DNA of 64,000 bases from Gammaproteobacteria bacterium. Lineage in GTDB: Bacteria; Pseudomonadota; Gammaproteobacteria; Eutrophobiales; Eutrophobiaceae. A program made the translations under genes and the position numbers. Below are positions 48,646 to 61,257 of the stretch, piece by piece (the first letter of the stretch is position 1; every line of letters begins with the position of its first letter). The stretch is from NCBI GenBank assembly GCA_965221695.1, contig OZ244905.1, positions 2,592,001 to 2,656,000 of the forward strand, read 5' to 3'. The notes beneath the pieces were generated by a model, which saw only the letters and a program-made list of their open reading frames with translations, had not been told where the DNA came from and did not search any database.

Positions 48646-48775
48646 AGCCTTTTGGCAACCACCACTCCTAGCCTAAGCTTCCCTTGGTCCAAAAGCAGCG
48701 TACTGACGCCTTTTCCGAGGGGGCATAAATGTTCAAAATTCAACCACACAGTTCGTGAGGAGGACGGCATCTGAC

Positions 48776-51301
<2,526 letters not shown>

Positions 51302-51368
51302 CCGGCTTGCGGCCAACAAGCGCCGTGTGGGGCGTCAGACCGTGTATCTGGAAAAAGTTACAATATAG

Positions 51369-52433
51369 CTACGGATAGTGAGCCCGAATCGCTTCATCGT
51401 AGGGACTTCGCAGGATACCCCGTTCGGTGATGATACCCGTAATCAGGTCATTGGGCGTGACATCGAAGGCAGGGTTGCCGGCCTTAACGTTATCCGGCGC
51501 AGTCCGATGTCCGGCCCAGTGGGTAACCTCATCCGGCGCCCGCTCTTCGATCGGAATGTCGTCGCCGCTTGCGGCATCCAGGTCAATGCTTGAGTAGGGA
51601 ATGGCAATATAGAACGGAATCTTGAAATGGCGCGCCAGGATGGCAAGCCCCAGGGTGCCGATCTTGTTGGCGGCGTCACCATTGGCGGCGACCCGGTCGG
51701 CGCCGGTGATGACCAGATCGATCTTGTTCCGGGCCATCATCGTCGCGGCCATATTATCGCAGATCAGGGTAACGTCAATACCGGCCTGCAGCAGTTCCCA
51801 GGACGTCAGACGCGCGCCTTGCAGCAGGGGCCGGGTTTCATCCACGAATACATTGAAGTCGATACCCTCCCGGTGGGCCAGGTACATGGGCGCGGTAGCC
51901 GTTCCTAGTTCGGATGTAGCCAGTTGACCGGCATTGCAATGGGTGAGTATGCCCATCCCTTGCTTAATCAACGTTTTTCCGGCTACGCCGATATCCCGGC
52001 ACATGCGCCGGTCTTCATCGTGAATGCGGATTGCCTCGGCCAGCAGTTCCGTGTGCATTTCTTCCGGTCCGGCGCCGATCATTTCCAGGACATGCTTTAC
52101 CTGACGGCGCAGGGCCCAGCGCAGATTTACCCCTGTCGGACGCGCAGCTTCCAAGCGGGCGGCCTCATTGTGCATTTCGGCGATGAATGACTCCCGGTCC
52201 AGGCGCAGTTTGTCGCGCAGCGCGACGACCAGGCCATAGGCCCCGGCGATACCAATTGCCGGGGCGCCGCGCACCTTGAGTTGCTTTATTGAAGCGCAGA
52301 CCTGGGCGGCGGTGCTTTGCCGTTCTTCTATGATCTCCCCCGGCAGCCTGGTCTGGTCCAGCAGGTATAACTCGCCGTCTTGCCAGCGCACCGGCTGAAC
52401 CGGGGAGGGAACGGAATGGGCTGAAGCAGTCAC
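51369..52433 (-). CDS. mtnA: S-methyl-5-thioribose-1-phosphate isomerase
   Basis: 'VRGAPAIG', 'THCNAG', 'DETRPLLQGARLT', 'NKIGT', 'NPAFDVTP'. Confidence 0.95.
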   Translation of the reverse strand: MTASAHSVPSPVQPVRWQDGELYLLDQTRLPGEIIEERQSTAAQVCASIKQLKVRGAPAIGIAGAYGLVVALRDKLRLDRESFIAEMHNEAARLEAARPTGVNLRWALRRQVKHVLEMIGAGPEEMHTELLAEAIRIHDEDRRMCRDIGVAGKTLIKQGMGILTHCNAGQLATSELGTATAPMYLAHREGIDFNVFVDETRPLLQGARLTSWELLQAGIDVTLICDNMAATMMARNKIDLVITGADRVAANGDAANKIGTLGLAILARHFKIPFYIAIPYSSIDLDAASGDDIPIEERAPDEVTHWAGHRTAPDNVKAGNPAFDVTPNDLITGIITERGILRSPYDEAIRAHYP

Positions 52434-52440
52434 CTTGAAT

Positions 52441-53217
52441 TCAGGTCCCGGTAAACCGGGGTTCTCTTTTTTCCAGGAATGCCGTAACGCCTTCCCTGCA
52501 GTCGGCGCTGTCGAAACACAGGCGCTGCAGGGCGGCTTCCGCTTTGATGGCCTCTGCATAGCTGAGTGTCGGGGCCTGGCGCATCATTTTTTTGGTGCGC
52601 GCCAGCGCCAGTGGCGCTTTATCTGCAAGTTTCATCGCCCAATCACGAGCTGCGGTCGCCAATTCATCATCTTTTACGACCTTGTTGACCAGGCCCAGTT
52701 CCGCGCAGCGCGTGGCGGGCATACGGTCATTTTCGACCGCCATTTGATAAGCGTTCATGTATCCCATGGCGCGGGTCAGCAACCAGGTCGAGCCGCCGTC
52801 CGGCACGAGGCCGATGGTGTTGAACGGGCACAACATAAACGCGTTTTCTCCCATTACTGACAGGTCGCATACCAAGGCATAGGACAGGCCGATACCGGCG
52901 GCAAACCCATTGATGGCGCTGATGACCGGTTTATCCATCTCTGCGATGTCGATCAGGCTGGGCCGGTATTCTTCGTTTACTATCTGCTCAACCTCCGCCC
53001 CGGTCCTGAAGCCCGCCTTCAAATCCGCGCCGGCGCTGAAACAGCGGCCGGCGCCGGTGAGTATGACCGCGCGTATCGCCGTATCATCACGAGCCCGTGA
53101 GGTGGCCGCAGCCAGGTCCGCCCGCATTTCCCGGTCAAACGAATTCAGCGCATCAGGGCGGTTGAGGGTGATCGTAGCAACGGCGCCCTCGGTCGCATAT
53201 AAAACGGTATCTGACAT
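52441..53217 (-). CDS. Enoyl-CoA hydratase/isomerase (PaaG-like)
   Basis: 'ITLNRP', 'FSAGADL', 'GLVPDGG', 'AFLEKR'. Confidence 0.92.
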   Translation of the reverse strand: MSDTVLYATEGAVATITLNRPDALNSFDREMRADLAAATSRARDDTAIRAVILTGAGRCFSAGADLKAGFRTGAEVEQIVNEEYRPSLIDIAEMDKPVISAINGFAAGIGLSYALVCDLSVMGENAFMLCPFNTIGLVPDGGSTWLLTRAMGYMNAYQMAVENDRMPATRCAELGLVNKVVKDDELATAARDWAMKLADKAPLALARTKKMMRQAPTLSYAEAIKAEAALQRLCFDSADCREGVTAFLEKREPRFTGT

Positions 53218-53292
53218 GTTACAATCTCCTGTCCGTATCACTATTGTTATTCGCCAGGTCGGCGCTGAGTCCAGAGTATCACGCAATACCCG

Positions 53293-54435
53293 ATGAGATC
53301 GAAAAAAATGGAACCGTTGCCGGATAGCGACCCGTTGTTGCTGACGCCCGGTCCTTTGACCACATCTGTGACCGTCAAACAGGCCATGCTGCATGATTAC
53401 GGTTCGCGGGACGACCGTTTCATCGAACTGAACCGGCGGGTCTGCGCAGAACTGCTTTCCCTGTGTGACGCCGCGGACACACATTTATGCATTCCCCTGC
53501 AGGGTAGCGGTTCATTTGCGGTGGAAGCTATGATCGCCAACCAGTTGCCGCGTGACGGGAAGCTGCTTAACTTGGTGAACGGCGCTTACGGTCGTCGCAT
53601 CACGGAAATCTGCCGCTACCTGGGCAGGGAGGTCAGAACGCTCGAAACGCCTGAAGATCAACCTGTCGCTCTGTCCGGTCTGGACCAGGCGCTGGTCGCC
53701 GACGACAGCGTCACGCATGTTGCGCTGGTGTATTGCGAAACCACTTCAGGCATATTAAATCCTGTATCGGCTGTGGCGCAGGTAGTAGCTGAGCGCGGAC
53801 GAAAACTTTTGATCGATGCCATGAGCGCATTCGGCGCGCTACCTCTAAGCGCCGCTGAAGTTCCATTTGCCGCGCTGGCCGCATCCGCCAATAAGTGTTT
53901 AGAGAGCGTGCCCGGTTTAGGGTTTGTGATTGCGAGCCAGGACTCATTCTCCGCCACCGAGGGCAATGCCCACTCGTTGAGTCTGGATCTGTACCGGCAA
54001 TGGCATTACATGAATGAAACCGGCCAATGGCGCTTTACGCCGCCCACCCACTGCCTGCTGGCGCTGGACACGGCTTTGCGGGAACTCGAACAGGAAGGCA
54101 GTATTGCGGGACGGCGCAGACGTTACCGGGAAAACTGCCGCGTGCTTGTGAACGGGATGCGGGAACTCGGCTTCAAGACCCTATTGCCTGACGAGTTGCA
54201 GGCGCCGGTCATTGTGACGTTTCTGGCGCCGGAGACTGCATCATTCAACTTCCCCGAGTTTTACCGCCGGTTAGGCGAACTGGGTTATGTTATATATCCC
54301 GGCAAATTAACGCATAAGGACAGTTTCAGGATTGGCTGTATCGGACGCTTCGGCCCGGACGAAATGCGGAATGCGGTGTCAGCGGTAAAAACGGTATCAG
54401 AGCAGATGAATCTTGCAAACGTCAGGATCAGTTAG
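53293..54435 (+). CDS. phnW: 2-aminoethylphosphonate-pyruvate transaminase
   Basis: 'LLTPGPLTT', 'CETTSG', 'DAMSAFG', 'SANKC', 'GQWRFTPPTH', 'IYPGKLT'. Confidence 0.93.
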   Translation: MRSKKMEPLPDSDPLLLTPGPLTTSVTVKQAMLHDYGSRDDRFIELNRRVCAELLSLCDAADTHLCIPLQGSGSFAVEAMIANQLPRDGKLLNLVNGAYGRRITEICRYLGREVRTLETPEDQPVALSGLDQALVADDSVTHVALVYCETTSGILNPVSAVAQVVAERGRKLLIDAMSAFGALPLSAAEVPFAALAASANKCLESVPGLGFVIASQDSFSATEGNAHSLSLDLYRQWHYMNETGQWRFTPPTHCLLALDTALRELEQEGSIAGRRRRYRENCRVLVNGMRELGFKTLLPDELQAPVIVTFLAPETASFNFPEFYRRLGELGYVIYPGKLTHKDSFRIGCIGRFGPDEMRNAVSAVKTVSEQMNLANVRIS

Positions 54436-54514
54436 CCCGGCAACATCCAAGTGTGCCCACTGAATAACTGTTACAGCCACGCATGTTACTATAACTGCAA
54501 ATCATTTATTACAT

Positions 54515-56053
54515 TTGTCCCTATATCAGAACGAGTTGGAAGTCGTGTCAGAAAACGCAGCGGAACATTTGCCCGATAATGATCCCTCCCGGTTGCCGCC
54601 ATCGCCCGGTACCGGACCGGCCTGGAACGTGGCCGACCTGCCTGACCCGCCTGATTTCAATTTCCGCAATGCAGTCCGGGTTATCGGGCCGGGCGCGATT
54701 GTCCTGTCCACATCCATAGGGTTGGGGGAGTGGGTCCTGGGCCCGCTGGTGGTAACGCAATACGGTTTCACAATGCTATGGGTGGTAACCGTCGCCATTA
54801 TCCTGCAACTTGTGCTGAACATGGAATTCGTGCGTTACACGGTTTACACCGGCGAGCCCGTTATCAACGGGTTTCTGCGGCTCGCGCCACATCCGCTGTT
54901 CTGGGGCGGCATTTACATCCTGTTGTCGCTGTTTCATGTGGGCTGGCCGGCTTGGGCTGCCGCTTCCGCGGCGCCGTTATTTGCCGGTTTTACCGGCCAC
55001 CTTCCGGGCCCGGGAGATGAATCCGTAATGCGCTGGTTGGGCATTGCCAATCTGTTGGTCTGCGCTGCTATCGTTGCGGTGGGCGGCAAGATCGAGCGCA
55101 CCCTGGAAATCGTAAATTGGTTTATGGTGTTGTTCGTGTTCGGTTTTCTGCTGATCGTGTGCGCGCTTATCGTGCCCGCGGAAACCTGGTGGGCAGGAAT
55201 CCTGGGCTTCTTTGGCCTGACGCCGGGTTTCGATTTCCTGTTAATACCGGAAAACGTAAACTGGGTATTGATTGGCGGTTTTGCCGCATTCGCCGGCGCC
55301 GGGGGCATGGCCAATCTTACCGTAAGCAACTACATGCGGGACAAGGGGATAGGCATGGGCGCCAAGGTGGGGTATATCTCCACGCTGATTGGCGGCAGGA
55401 AAGTTGCGGTATCACCCGTGGGCAGCGTCTTTCCCGCGACCGAAGCCAACCTGGCGCGCTGGCGGGTATGGTGGCAATACGTGCGCTGCGACCAGATATT
55501 GGTCTGGGCTGCGGGCTGTTTTGTCGGTATGTTCCTGAACTGTATCCTGGCGGCGCATATCGTGCCTGCGGGGACGGAACTGAGCGGTCTATCCATTGGC
55601 GCGTTCCAGGCCGAATACCTGGCCCGGGAAAGCGGCGAGCTGCTGGGCTTTGTTACCTTGATCAACGGCTTCTGGATATTGTTCGGCAGCCAACTGGTCA
55701 CCATCGATCTGATGGTCCGTATCAATACCGACCTGGTCTGGAGCATGAGCGACCGTGTCCGGCGCATCACCGGCAACGACATACGGCGCCTGTACTATAG
55801 TCTGCTGGGAGTTTTTGTGCTGTGGGGCTGTATCGCCATCAACCTGGCCCAGCCCAAAGCGCTGGCGCTGATTGCCGCCAATGTCGCCGGTTTTGTACTC
55901 GTGGTGAGCGCCATCCATATTCTGGCTCTGAACCATATGGCATTGCCACGTTCGGTCAGAAGCCCCTGGTGGGTCAGAGGGCTGATTGTTTGCGCCGCGC
56001 TGTTTTACGCATTCTTCTTTGTGCAGAACGTGCTGGAACTGCTTGTAAGATAG
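54515..56053 (+). CDS. Nramp/APC-superfamily-like membrane transporter
   Basis: 'IGPGAIVLSTSIGLGEW', many TM segments, 'MRDKGIGMG'. Confidence 0.8.
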   Translation: MSLYQNELEVVSENAAEHLPDNDPSRLPPSPGTGPAWNVADLPDPPDFNFRNAVRVIGPGAIVLSTSIGLGEWVLGPLVVTQYGFTMLWVVTVAIILQLVLNMEFVRYTVYTGEPVINGFLRLAPHPLFWGGIYILLSLFHVGWPAWAAASAAPLFAGFTGHLPGPGDESVMRWLGIANLLVCAAIVAVGGKIERTLEIVNWFMVLFVFGFLLIVCALIVPAETWWAGILGFFGLTPGFDFLLIPENVNWVLIGGFAAFAGAGGMANLTVSNYMRDKGIGMGAKVGYISTLIGGRKVAVSPVGSVFPATEANLARWRVWWQYVRCDQILVWAAGCFVGMFLNCILAAHIVPAGTELSGLSIGAFQAEYLARESGELLGFVTLINGFWILFGSQLVTIDLMVRINTDLVWSMSDRVRRITGNDIRRLYYSLLGVFVLWGCIAINLAQPKALALIAANVAGFVLVVSAIHILALNHMALPRSVRSPWWVRGLIVCAALFYAFFFVQNVLELLVR

Positions 56054-56156
56054 TTGTGCCGAATAAACGGGCGGCCCGAGGCGCCCAGCGCAGTGTGTAA
56101 TGGCAACATACTTGGCAAATTATCATAACTCATTGACAGCAGACATCTATCCGATG

Positions 56157-56200
56157 CTGACAAGCGAATCGGTGCTAGGATGGACTTGTCCAGAGCTTCC
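56157..56200 (+). repeat. Degenerate right end of the 151-bp MITE
   Basis: aggatggacttgtccagagcttcc versus aggatggacttgttcagagtttcc in the full copies. Confidence 0.65.
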
Positions 56201-56217
56201 TTGATATATTATCGGAC

Positions 56218-56772
56218 ATGTCATTAAATCGCAGAGATTTCATCAGGCAGTCGGGTCTTGCCTTGAGCTTTACCGTGGCAGGCAAAACGCTTCTGCTTAC
56301 CCCGCGAGAGGCTTACGCCAGAAGCGTTCCTTTTTCAATTCTGAATCAGGAGGAAGTCGACACTCTGGAGGCGATCTGTGAACATTTGCTGTCCGGCGCC
56401 AGAGAAAACGGCGTGGCGTATTTTGTCGACCACCAGTTGTCTCTTGACCCCAATGATAGCTTGCTGTTCATCAAATGTTTCAATCTGGAGCCGCCTTACG
56501 CGGACTTCTACCGGTCTGCGCTGGCGGAAATCAGCAGGGTGAGCGAGACAATATATGGCGTGAGTATCGTTGATCTCCACCAGGCCGGCGCAGTATCCCT
56601 GATCGAATCACTGCGCGATGGAAACATCGCCGGCTGGAACGGCCCCCCACCGCCACTGGTTTATCACGCGCTGCGCAATGATGCTGTGGACGTGGTGTAC
56701 GGCACTATGGAAGGTTTTGCGCATTTGGGCATTCCTTACCTGGCACATATCGAACCACCGCGGACTTGGTAA
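56218..56772 (+). CDS. Gluconate 2-dehydrogenase subunit 3-like protein (Tat signal)
   Basis: 'NRRDFIR' twin-arginine; 'GVAYFVD'; directly upstream of the GMC gene. Confidence 0.82.
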   Translation: MSLNRRDFIRQSGLALSFTVAGKTLLLTPREAYARSVPFSILNQEEVDTLEAICEHLLSGARENGVAYFVDHQLSLDPNDSLLFIKCFNLEPPYADFYRSALAEISRVSETIYGVSIVDLHQAGAVSLIESLRDGNIAGWNGPPPPLVYHALRNDAVDVVYGTMEGFAHLGIPYLAHIEPPRTW

Positions 56773-56773
56773 C

Positions 56774-58348
56774 ATGAAACAGCCCGAAAAAGTGGATGTC
56801 GTAATCGTCGGTAGCGGCGCAGCCGGCAGCGTCTATGCGGCCATCTTCGCCGAGGCAGGGAAAAGCGTAGTGGTATTGGAAAAAGGCCCGGACCGTAAAC
56901 TGACGGATTTATACAGCTCGCAAATCTGGGCCAGACGCCTGAAATGGGGAGCGCCTCACGTATACGAGGAGGGCAAGGACAGTATCTGGTACAACTTCAA
57001 TGCCGGGCACGGCTTCGGCGGCGCGGCAATGCATCATTATGCGGTATGGCCCAGGTATCATCCGGAAGACATGCGGGAACAAACACTCTACGGCAAGGGG
57101 TTGGACTGGCCGCTGGAATATGAGCAACTGCGCCCTTGGTACGACCAGACGCAGGAAGATGTGGGCATGTCCGGCGATGCGGAGCAGGAAGTCTGGCGTC
57201 CGCCGGGCGCGCCTTACCCATTGCCGCCCTTGCCCGTGTTTGAGCACGGCGAGATCCTGGCGCGCGGCTTTACCGAATTGGACCTGCGCACCTCGCCTAT
57301 TCCGGTTGCCATCCTGTCCCGGGAATACAAGGGGAGGCCGGCCTGCATCTATGACAGTTGGTGCGATGCGGGATGCCCGACGGGCGCGTTGGCCAACCCC
57401 TTGGTCGAATACCTGCCCAGAGCGGTAAAATCCGGCGCTATGATGCGGGCTGACAGTTATGTCACCCGTGTGCTCACGGACCGGAGCGGACAGCAAGCCA
57501 TCGGTGTTGAATACTATGATAAGACCGGCGCGCGCCATGAGCAACTGGCGGATGCAGTCGTTATCGCTGCTTTCACCGTTGAGAACTGCCGCATCCTACT
57601 GAACTCCGCCAGCGACGCGCACAGCGATGGCCTGGGCAATTCCAGCGGCGCGCTGGGCCATTACCTGATGTCCCATCCGGCGGTCAATATTTTCGGGATG
57701 TTCAAGGAGGAGACACGCTGCTATTTCGGTGTCAGCGGTGGCCAATTATTCAGCCAGGACGGTTTTGAAAAGGAAAAAAGCGAGGCTATCTTCGGCAGTA
57801 GACAGTGGGAAATCGGCCTGGGGACCAAGCCCAATGACCTGCTCGGCATCGCCATGAGCCGGGCCGACCTGTTCGGCAATGATTTGCACGATTTCGTCAA
57901 ACGCGGCAGCCGCCATTTGGGCGCCATGGTCGGGGTGTGTGAATGCCTGCCCCATGCGAGCAATCGTATTGAGCTGTCCGACAACAAGGACAAGTTCGGC
58001 ATGCGTCTGGCGCGAGCCAACTTCAACCTTGATGATCATGCGCGCAAGCTCTGGCGGCAGACGGCAGATCTGGGCGTAAAAATATTCCAGGCCGCCGGCG
58101 CAACCGAAGCCTGGCACAGCCCGCCGGGTGGCCAACATATCATGGGCGGCACGATTATGGGCAAGGACAGGAGCAAATCGGTGACCAACGAATACGCGCA
58201 ACTACACGATGTGCCCAATGTCATTATCGGCGGCCCCAGCGTCTTTCCCACCAGTTCCAGCGTGAATTCCACCTTCACCGCCCACGCCGTGGCGTTGCGC
58301 TCGGCCAGCCATATCGCCGAGCATTGGGGCGTATTGACCTCTGATTAA
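56774..58348 (+). CDS. GMC-family oxidoreductase (flavoprotein subunit)
   Basis: 'VVIVGSGAAG', Cys cluster 'CIYDSWCDAGC', 'HIMGGTIMG', 'SVFPT'. Confidence 0.92.
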   Translation: MKQPEKVDVVIVGSGAAGSVYAAIFAEAGKSVVVLEKGPDRKLTDLYSSQIWARRLKWGAPHVYEEGKDSIWYNFNAGHGFGGAAMHHYAVWPRYHPEDMREQTLYGKGLDWPLEYEQLRPWYDQTQEDVGMSGDAEQEVWRPPGAPYPLPPLPVFEHGEILARGFTELDLRTSPIPVAILSREYKGRPACIYDSWCDAGCPTGALANPLVEYLPRAVKSGAMMRADSYVTRVLTDRSGQQAIGVEYYDKTGARHEQLADAVVIAAFTVENCRILLNSASDAHSDGLGNSSGALGHYLMSHPAVNIFGMFKEETRCYFGVSGGQLFSQDGFEKEKSEAIFGSRQWEIGLGTKPNDLLGIAMSRADLFGNDLHDFVKRGSRHLGAMVGVCECLPHASNRIELSDNKDKFGMRLARANFNLDDHARKLWRQTADLGVKIFQAAGATEAWHSPPGGQHIMGGTIMGKDRSKSVTNEYAQLHDVPNVIIGGPSVFPTSSSVNSTFTAHAVALRSASHIAEHWGVLTSD

Positions 58349-58379
58349 GGCCGGGATGAACTTTTCTGAGTTTGCTTTA

Positions 58380-58530
58380 GGAACCTCTGATTAAGTCAGA
58401 GGTTCCTACGATACAAGGATGTATCGTCAATATCAATGACTGTAAGGCATTGATATTGTGAGGAAAACAAAAATCGCATTTTTGTTTTTCGTACTCTGAC
58501 AAGTCCAGGATGGACTTGTTCAGAGTTTTC
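58380..58530 (+). mobile_element. 151-bp MITE copy C
   Basis: Two substitutions versus copy A; TTTA on both sides (4-bp target duplication). Confidence 0.88.
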
Positions 58531-58598
58531 TTTATTATTTCTGTAGCTGTTTTATAATCAACAGTCCTGAATAAGACCAGGACTTAAGGAGACACTTC

Positions 58599-59180
58599 AT
58601 GACATTGCAACGTATTATAAATATCGTACTGCTTGCTTCCGCTCTGACTGTATTCGGCAAAAGCGCCGCTGCCGCTGAATATGAGATTGACATTGAAGGT
58701 ATGCACGCAGCGGTACAGTTCCGCATCTATCACCTGGGTTACAGCGTTCTGACTGGTCGTTTCAATGACTTCGGCGGGACTTTCACCTGGGACAAGGACA
58801 ACCCGGAAGCGTCGTCCATTAACGTGACGATCAAAACGGCCAGCATTGATTCAAATCATGCGGAACGGGATAAGCATCTGCGCGAAGCGGATTTTCTGAA
58901 CGTGGAAAAATATCCGGAAGCGACTTTCAAGAGCACAAAGTATAACGGTGACGCGAGCGGCGGCAAGCTGGACGGAATACTGACTCTGCACGGGGTCAGC
59001 AAGCCGATAACGTTAGACGTGAAATTCATAGGTGAAGGGGATGATCCTTGGGGTGGCTATCGCGCCGGCTTTGAAGGCAGTGTGACCCTACGGCGTTCTG
59101 ACTTCGGCATGATGTACGACCTGGGTCCGAAATCGGATGAGATGCAATTGGACCTGTATATCGAAGGAATCAGGAAGTAA
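58599..59180 (+). CDS. yceI: YceI family periplasmic protein
   Basis: Signal peptide, 'HLGYS', 'RDKHLR', 'LTLHGV', 'DPWGG'. Confidence 0.92.
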   Translation: MTLQRIINIVLLASALTVFGKSAAAAEYEIDIEGMHAAVQFRIYHLGYSVLTGRFNDFGGTFTWDKDNPEASSINVTIKTASIDSNHAERDKHLREADFLNVEKYPEATFKSTKYNGDASGGKLDGILTLHGVSKPITLDVKFIGEGDDPWGGYRAGFEGSVTLRRSDFGMMYDLGPKSDEMQLDLYIEGIRK

Positions 59181-59210
59181 TACAGGTATTTTCCGACAGC
59201 AGTCTGATTC

Positions 59211-59756
59211 ATGTTGATCAGGAACACTGCGTCCCGTTTCGGCCTGTTCAGCAAGCTGCTGCACTGGCTGATCGGCGCGCTGATTCTCGGTTTGATCTGG
59301 CTGGGCTGGTACATGGTGGATCTGACCTATTATGACAAGTGGTATAACGATTCGCTGCATTACCACAAATCGCTGGGTATCCTGGTTCTGGCCCTGGCGC
59401 TGGTCAAGATCGGCTGGCAGCAGTATACCCCTGCGCCCGGAGCGGTAGCCGGTCTGAAAACCTGGGAAAAGACCGGAGCAAAGCTCATGCACTACATTCT
59501 GTGGGGAATGATGTTGCTAATCCCGGTGACCGGTTACCTGATTTCCACCTCCGCGGGAAAGCCCATTCAACTGTTTAACTGGTTTGCGATACCTGCGATC
59601 GTGGATGTGGATGAGGAGTTGAGGGAGCTTGCCATCGACATCCATTTCTACCTGGCCTACGCGACCTTGTTTCTGGTTGTCGGTCATGCAGGCGCGGCGT
59701 TGAAGCATCACTTCATCAATAAGGACGACACGCTGAAACGCATGCTGTGGCAATGA
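59211..59756 (+). CDS. Cytochrome b561 (YceJ-like)
   Basis: 'LHW', 'HKSLG', 'HAGAALKHH', 'TLKRM'. Confidence 0.92.
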   Translation: MLIRNTASRFGLFSKLLHWLIGALILGLIWLGWYMVDLTYYDKWYNDSLHYHKSLGILVLALALVKIGWQQYTPAPGAVAGLKTWEKTGAKLMHYILWGMMLLIPVTGYLISTSAGKPIQLFNWFAIPAIVDVDEELRELAIDIHFYLAYATLFLVVGHAGAALKHHFINKDDTLKRMLWQ

Positions 59757-59768
59757 GCGCTGAATTAA

Positions 59769-59796
59769 GGAACCTTTGGACTCAATCAAAGGTTCC
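59769..59796. repeat. 28-bp minimal MITE derivative; probable bidirectional terminator
   Basis: TTAA-GGAACCTTTG-GACTCAAT-CAAAGGTTCC-TTAA between convergent genes. Confidence 0.7.
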
Positions 59797-59802
59797 TTAA
59801 GT

Positions 59803-61173
59803 TCAGCCCAGGGTCAGGTAGCAAACCAGGGTTATCACCACCGCCAATATCAGGTTCAGCACAAATCCTCCCTGCGCCATCTCCCTTATGGTGAGTTGGC
59901 CTGTGCCGAATACGATGGCATTAGGCACGGTGGCAACCGGTAGCATGAAGGCGCAGCTAGCCGACATCGCGGCCGGTATCATCATCAGTTCCGGGCTCAC
60001 CCCCACGGCAATGGCCGTGGCCGCGAAGATAGGCATCAACAAGGTGGTCGTTGCGGTATTGGAAGTGATCTCGGTCAGAAAGGTCACGCCCAGGCAAATG
60101 CATAACAGCAATAGGGGTAGGGGAAACTTTGCCAGCACTGCCAGTTGTTGCGCGATCAGTTCCGCAAGACCGCTGGATGAAAATGCCTTGGCGATGGTAA
60201 TGCCGCTGGCGAACAGCACTAACATGCCCCAGGGAATATCCGCTGCTGTTTTCCAATCCAGCAGGCGGTCGCCCTTGCCGGACGGCAACAAAAACATGGC
60301 GACTACGGCAGCCAGCGCTACGCTGGCATCGCCCACTCCAGGCGTCCCCAGCAGGCCCGACCAGCCGCCAAACGGTTCCGAGCGCGTAATCCAAAGCGCT
60401 ATGGTGATTCCGAATACAATCAACGCCCGCACTTCGTTCACCTGCCATGGATCGGCTGCCGGTAAATCCAGCGCCTCTTTCCATTTGACGTTGCGCGTCA
60501 ACCATAAAGCCATCAGGGGCAAACCGCACAAGACAACCGGCAACCCTGTTTTCATCCATTCCACAAACGTGTACTCAAGACCGGTGAACTCCGAATAGAC
60601 CCCCGCGAAAATGATATTAGGCGGTGTGCCTATCAGGGTTGCTACACCGCCCAGGGAAGCGGAATGGGCGAGACCAAGCAAGACGGCGATCGACAAGGTC
60701 TTGTCTTCCACCTGTTTGAGCACCGCCAGGGCAATGGGTATCAGGATCAAAGTCGTGGCCGTGTTGCTGATCCACATGGACAACATGGCCGCGGTTAACA
60801 TGAAGGCGAACACGATGCGCTTCCCACTGCCGCCAACCGTGTGCAGAATAGCCAGGGCAAAGCGTTTGTGCACCCCGGATCGTTCCAGCGCTTTTGCCAG
60901 CATGAAACCGCCCATCAACAGCAGGATTACCGGGCTGCCCAGGCCGGCTGCAGCTTCCCTGTGGGTCAGCACATTAGCCAGTGGGAAGGCAAAAAACGGG
61001 ATTAATGAAGTCGCCGGGATCGGAATGCTTTCCGTGACCCACCAGATCGCGGTCAGTAAAGTGATGGCAGCGGTGGCGGCTATGACATATTCGATGCCTG
61101 AGTAACGCAGCAGCAGGAATAACACGACCGCCGCAAGCGGCGCGGCGAAAAGCATGATAGAGTTGGTTTTCAT
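59803..61173 (-). CDS. SLC13/DASS family anion transporter
   Basis: 'SMWISNTAT', 'IGTPPN', 'TSNTAT', 'FMLPVAT'. Confidence 0.93.
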   Translation of the reverse strand: MKTNSIMLFAAPLAAVVLFLLLRYSGIEYVIAATAAITLLTAIWWVTESIPIPATSLIPFFAFPLANVLTHREAAAGLGSPVILLLMGGFMLAKALERSGVHKRFALAILHTVGGSGKRIVFAFMLTAAMLSMWISNTATTLILIPIALAVLKQVEDKTLSIAVLLGLAHSASLGGVATLIGTPPNIIFAGVYSEFTGLEYTFVEWMKTGLPVVLCGLPLMALWLTRNVKWKEALDLPAADPWQVNEVRALIVFGITIALWITRSEPFGGWSGLLGTPGVGDASVALAAVVAMFLLPSGKGDRLLDWKTAADIPWGMLVLFASGITIAKAFSSSGLAELIAQQLAVLAKFPLPLLLLCICLGVTFLTEITSNTATTTLLMPIFAATAIAVGVSPELMMIPAAMSASCAFMLPVATVPNAIVFGTGQLTIREMAQGGFVLNLILAVVITLVCYLTLG

Positions 61174-61257
61174 TATTGTATAATCCGTTGAGGTTACAGA
61201 TTAACACAAGGAAATTCTGATTATGTCAGCGCATCCACAAATAAGGCCCTTTGAATT

